A stretch of 64,000 nucleotides of DNA. Origin: Escherichia phage phiEC1. Location: sequence record KY608965.1. One strand, given 5' to 3'. The stretch's first letter is position 1, and every line of letters starts with the position of its first letter. A model generated the notes under the pieces. The model was not told the DNA's origin. It was given only the letters and a program-made list of their open reading frames with translations, and searched no databases. The translations under genes were made by a program, and so were the position numbers. Of this stretch, positions 63,711-64,000 are shown piece after piece.

Positions 63711-64000
63711 TATGAAACTCTATCACTATTATTTTGACACTAAAGAATTTTACAAAGAAGAAAATTATAAACCATTAAAAGGCGTAGGATTTCCGGCTCA
63801 TTCGACACCAAAAAAACCTTTAGACCCTAAAGAAGGCTATGCTGTTATATTTGACGAACGCGAGCAAGAATGGGTATATGTTGAAGACCATCGCGGAAAA
63901 ACAGTATGGACATATGATAAGCAAAAAATTGTTATTGACACTCCAGGTGCTCTTCAAAATGTTACTACAGAAGAACCTGGTGAATTTGACATTTGGACAG
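63711..64000 (+). CDS. 38: Tail fibre assembly chaperone gp38 (T4-type), 5' partial; runs off window end
   Basis: Hand-translated MKLYHYYFDTKEFYKEENYKPLKGVGFPAHSTPKKPLDPKEGYAVIFDEREQEW… matches the T4 gp38 N-terminus as recalled. Confidence 0.8.

Overview
This 64 kb window is a T4-type (Tequatrovirus-like) myophage genome segment, with gene order and protein sequences closely matching phage T4 as I recall them. Plus-strand late structural modules: neck/tail/head genes 14-15-16-17-18-19-20-67-68-21-22-23-24, baseplate hub genes 51-27-28-29-48-54 and long tail fibre genes 34-35-36-37 with the start of 38. Minus-strand blocks carry rnlB-hoc-inh, uvsY-25-26, and a long early/middle region: alt, DNA ligase 30, a variable 30.x cluster, rIII, 31, cd, pseT, spanins, rnlA, denA, nrdB, nrdA, td, frd, 32, 59, 33, dsbA, rnh. 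Departures from the T4 layout are two free-standing GIY-YIG homing endonuclease genes at non-T4 positions, uninterrupted td and nrdB, a class-I DAHP synthase gene next to cd, a NADAR-like plus HAD-like pair beside ligase, a small antisense early gene between 23 and 24, and a tandem paralogue pair between frd and 32. Minus-strand genes are punctuated by repeated early-promoter cassettes (GTTTAC-N17/18-TAnnAT with an inverted repeat in or across the -10), plus MotA-box middle promoters; TATAAATA late promoters and GC-rich UUCG/CGAA hairpin terminators are also present. No tRNA, rRNA or CRISPR array was recognised. CDS coordinates follow the supplied ORF track (stop codon included); hand-derived motif coordinates may be off by a few nucleotides. 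All homology calls are from memory and motif reading, not from searches.
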